Source: Phoronis australis (lineage: Eukaryota; Animalia; Phoronida). From it: a DNA stretch of 64,000 nucleotides. Made by a program: the position numbers and the translations under genes. Below the pieces are notes generated by a model, which had not been told where the DNA came from, made no database searches, and saw only the letters and a program-made list of their open reading frames with translations. The stretch is from assembly GCA_002633005.1 (NCBI GenBank), contig NMRA01000178.1:658062-722061 (forward strand). The letters are read 5' to 3'. This document shows positions 63,509 to 64,000 of the stretch, piece by piece. Every line of letters begins with the position of its first letter. Within the stretch, counting starts at the first letter, position 1.

Positions 63509-64000
63509 CAGTCTCTCCCTTTGAGATGCTCATAACTGCTTGTTTACAACCTTTTTGTTTAACATATGTTGTACTGCTGGAAACACTGCACAAGTCATGT
63601 GAGTGCATGTTGAGTCCTGGGATTTTCCTTGTTTTCCTTTACCTTGACCTTTTCTAATTGTCCGTTGTCATCTCTGGTTTGGGTGTTATGCTTGTCTGTG
63701 CATCTGACTTCTCAACAACTGGGCTGTGGTTTTTGAATTGGAATTGTTATTGAACTACGGAATACACTAACAATGTTCACTCCATGCGTTTCACTCATTG
63801 TCATTTACTCCATGGTCAACCCATTGCTTGATGTCACCAAAATAACGATTAGTAAGGATTTTACGAACAAGACAAAGTGCTTTTATAATTATTTAAAGTT
63901 TAACATTCTTCTCAATTCATTTCCATATGAACATTTTGCCATAAATCATGCCCCAGTTGTTTCAATACTCTTATCCCGTGTCCTCACTTTATCACATTGT

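Overview
Eukaryotic (invertebrate animal-type) genomic DNA with spliceosomal introns, two assembly gaps and many decayed transposons; no prokaryotic features or CRISPR. Four genes can be reconstructed by hand. (1) A minus-strand orphan gene (~22102->13438) in which the 6.8-kb Lys/Arg/Ser-rich ORF is a giant exon, spliced in phase 1 to a coiled-coil exon and a terminal exon carrying CPxGCxCxxC repeats (~2430-2600 aa). Further basic, domain-less minus-strand ORFs lie upstream, two of them sharing its CRE-like upstream motif. (2) A plus-strand gene with 10 coding exons encoding a 613-aa secreted SP-VWA-VWD-C8-TIL-TILa protein (32184-46406). (3) A minus-strand GT32 (OCH1/SUR1-type DXD) glycosyltransferase with an intronless CDS (49183-50325). 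(4) CEP126/KIAA1377 (from 55940, running off the window), whose first intron has U12 minor-spliceosome signals. The rest holds remnants of Tx1/L1, RTE-X/CR1-like, Penelope, Tc1 and THAP elements, several MITE and tRNA-SINE families, and mini/microsatellites. All gene models come from manual splice-site and phase reading, without expression or database evidence.
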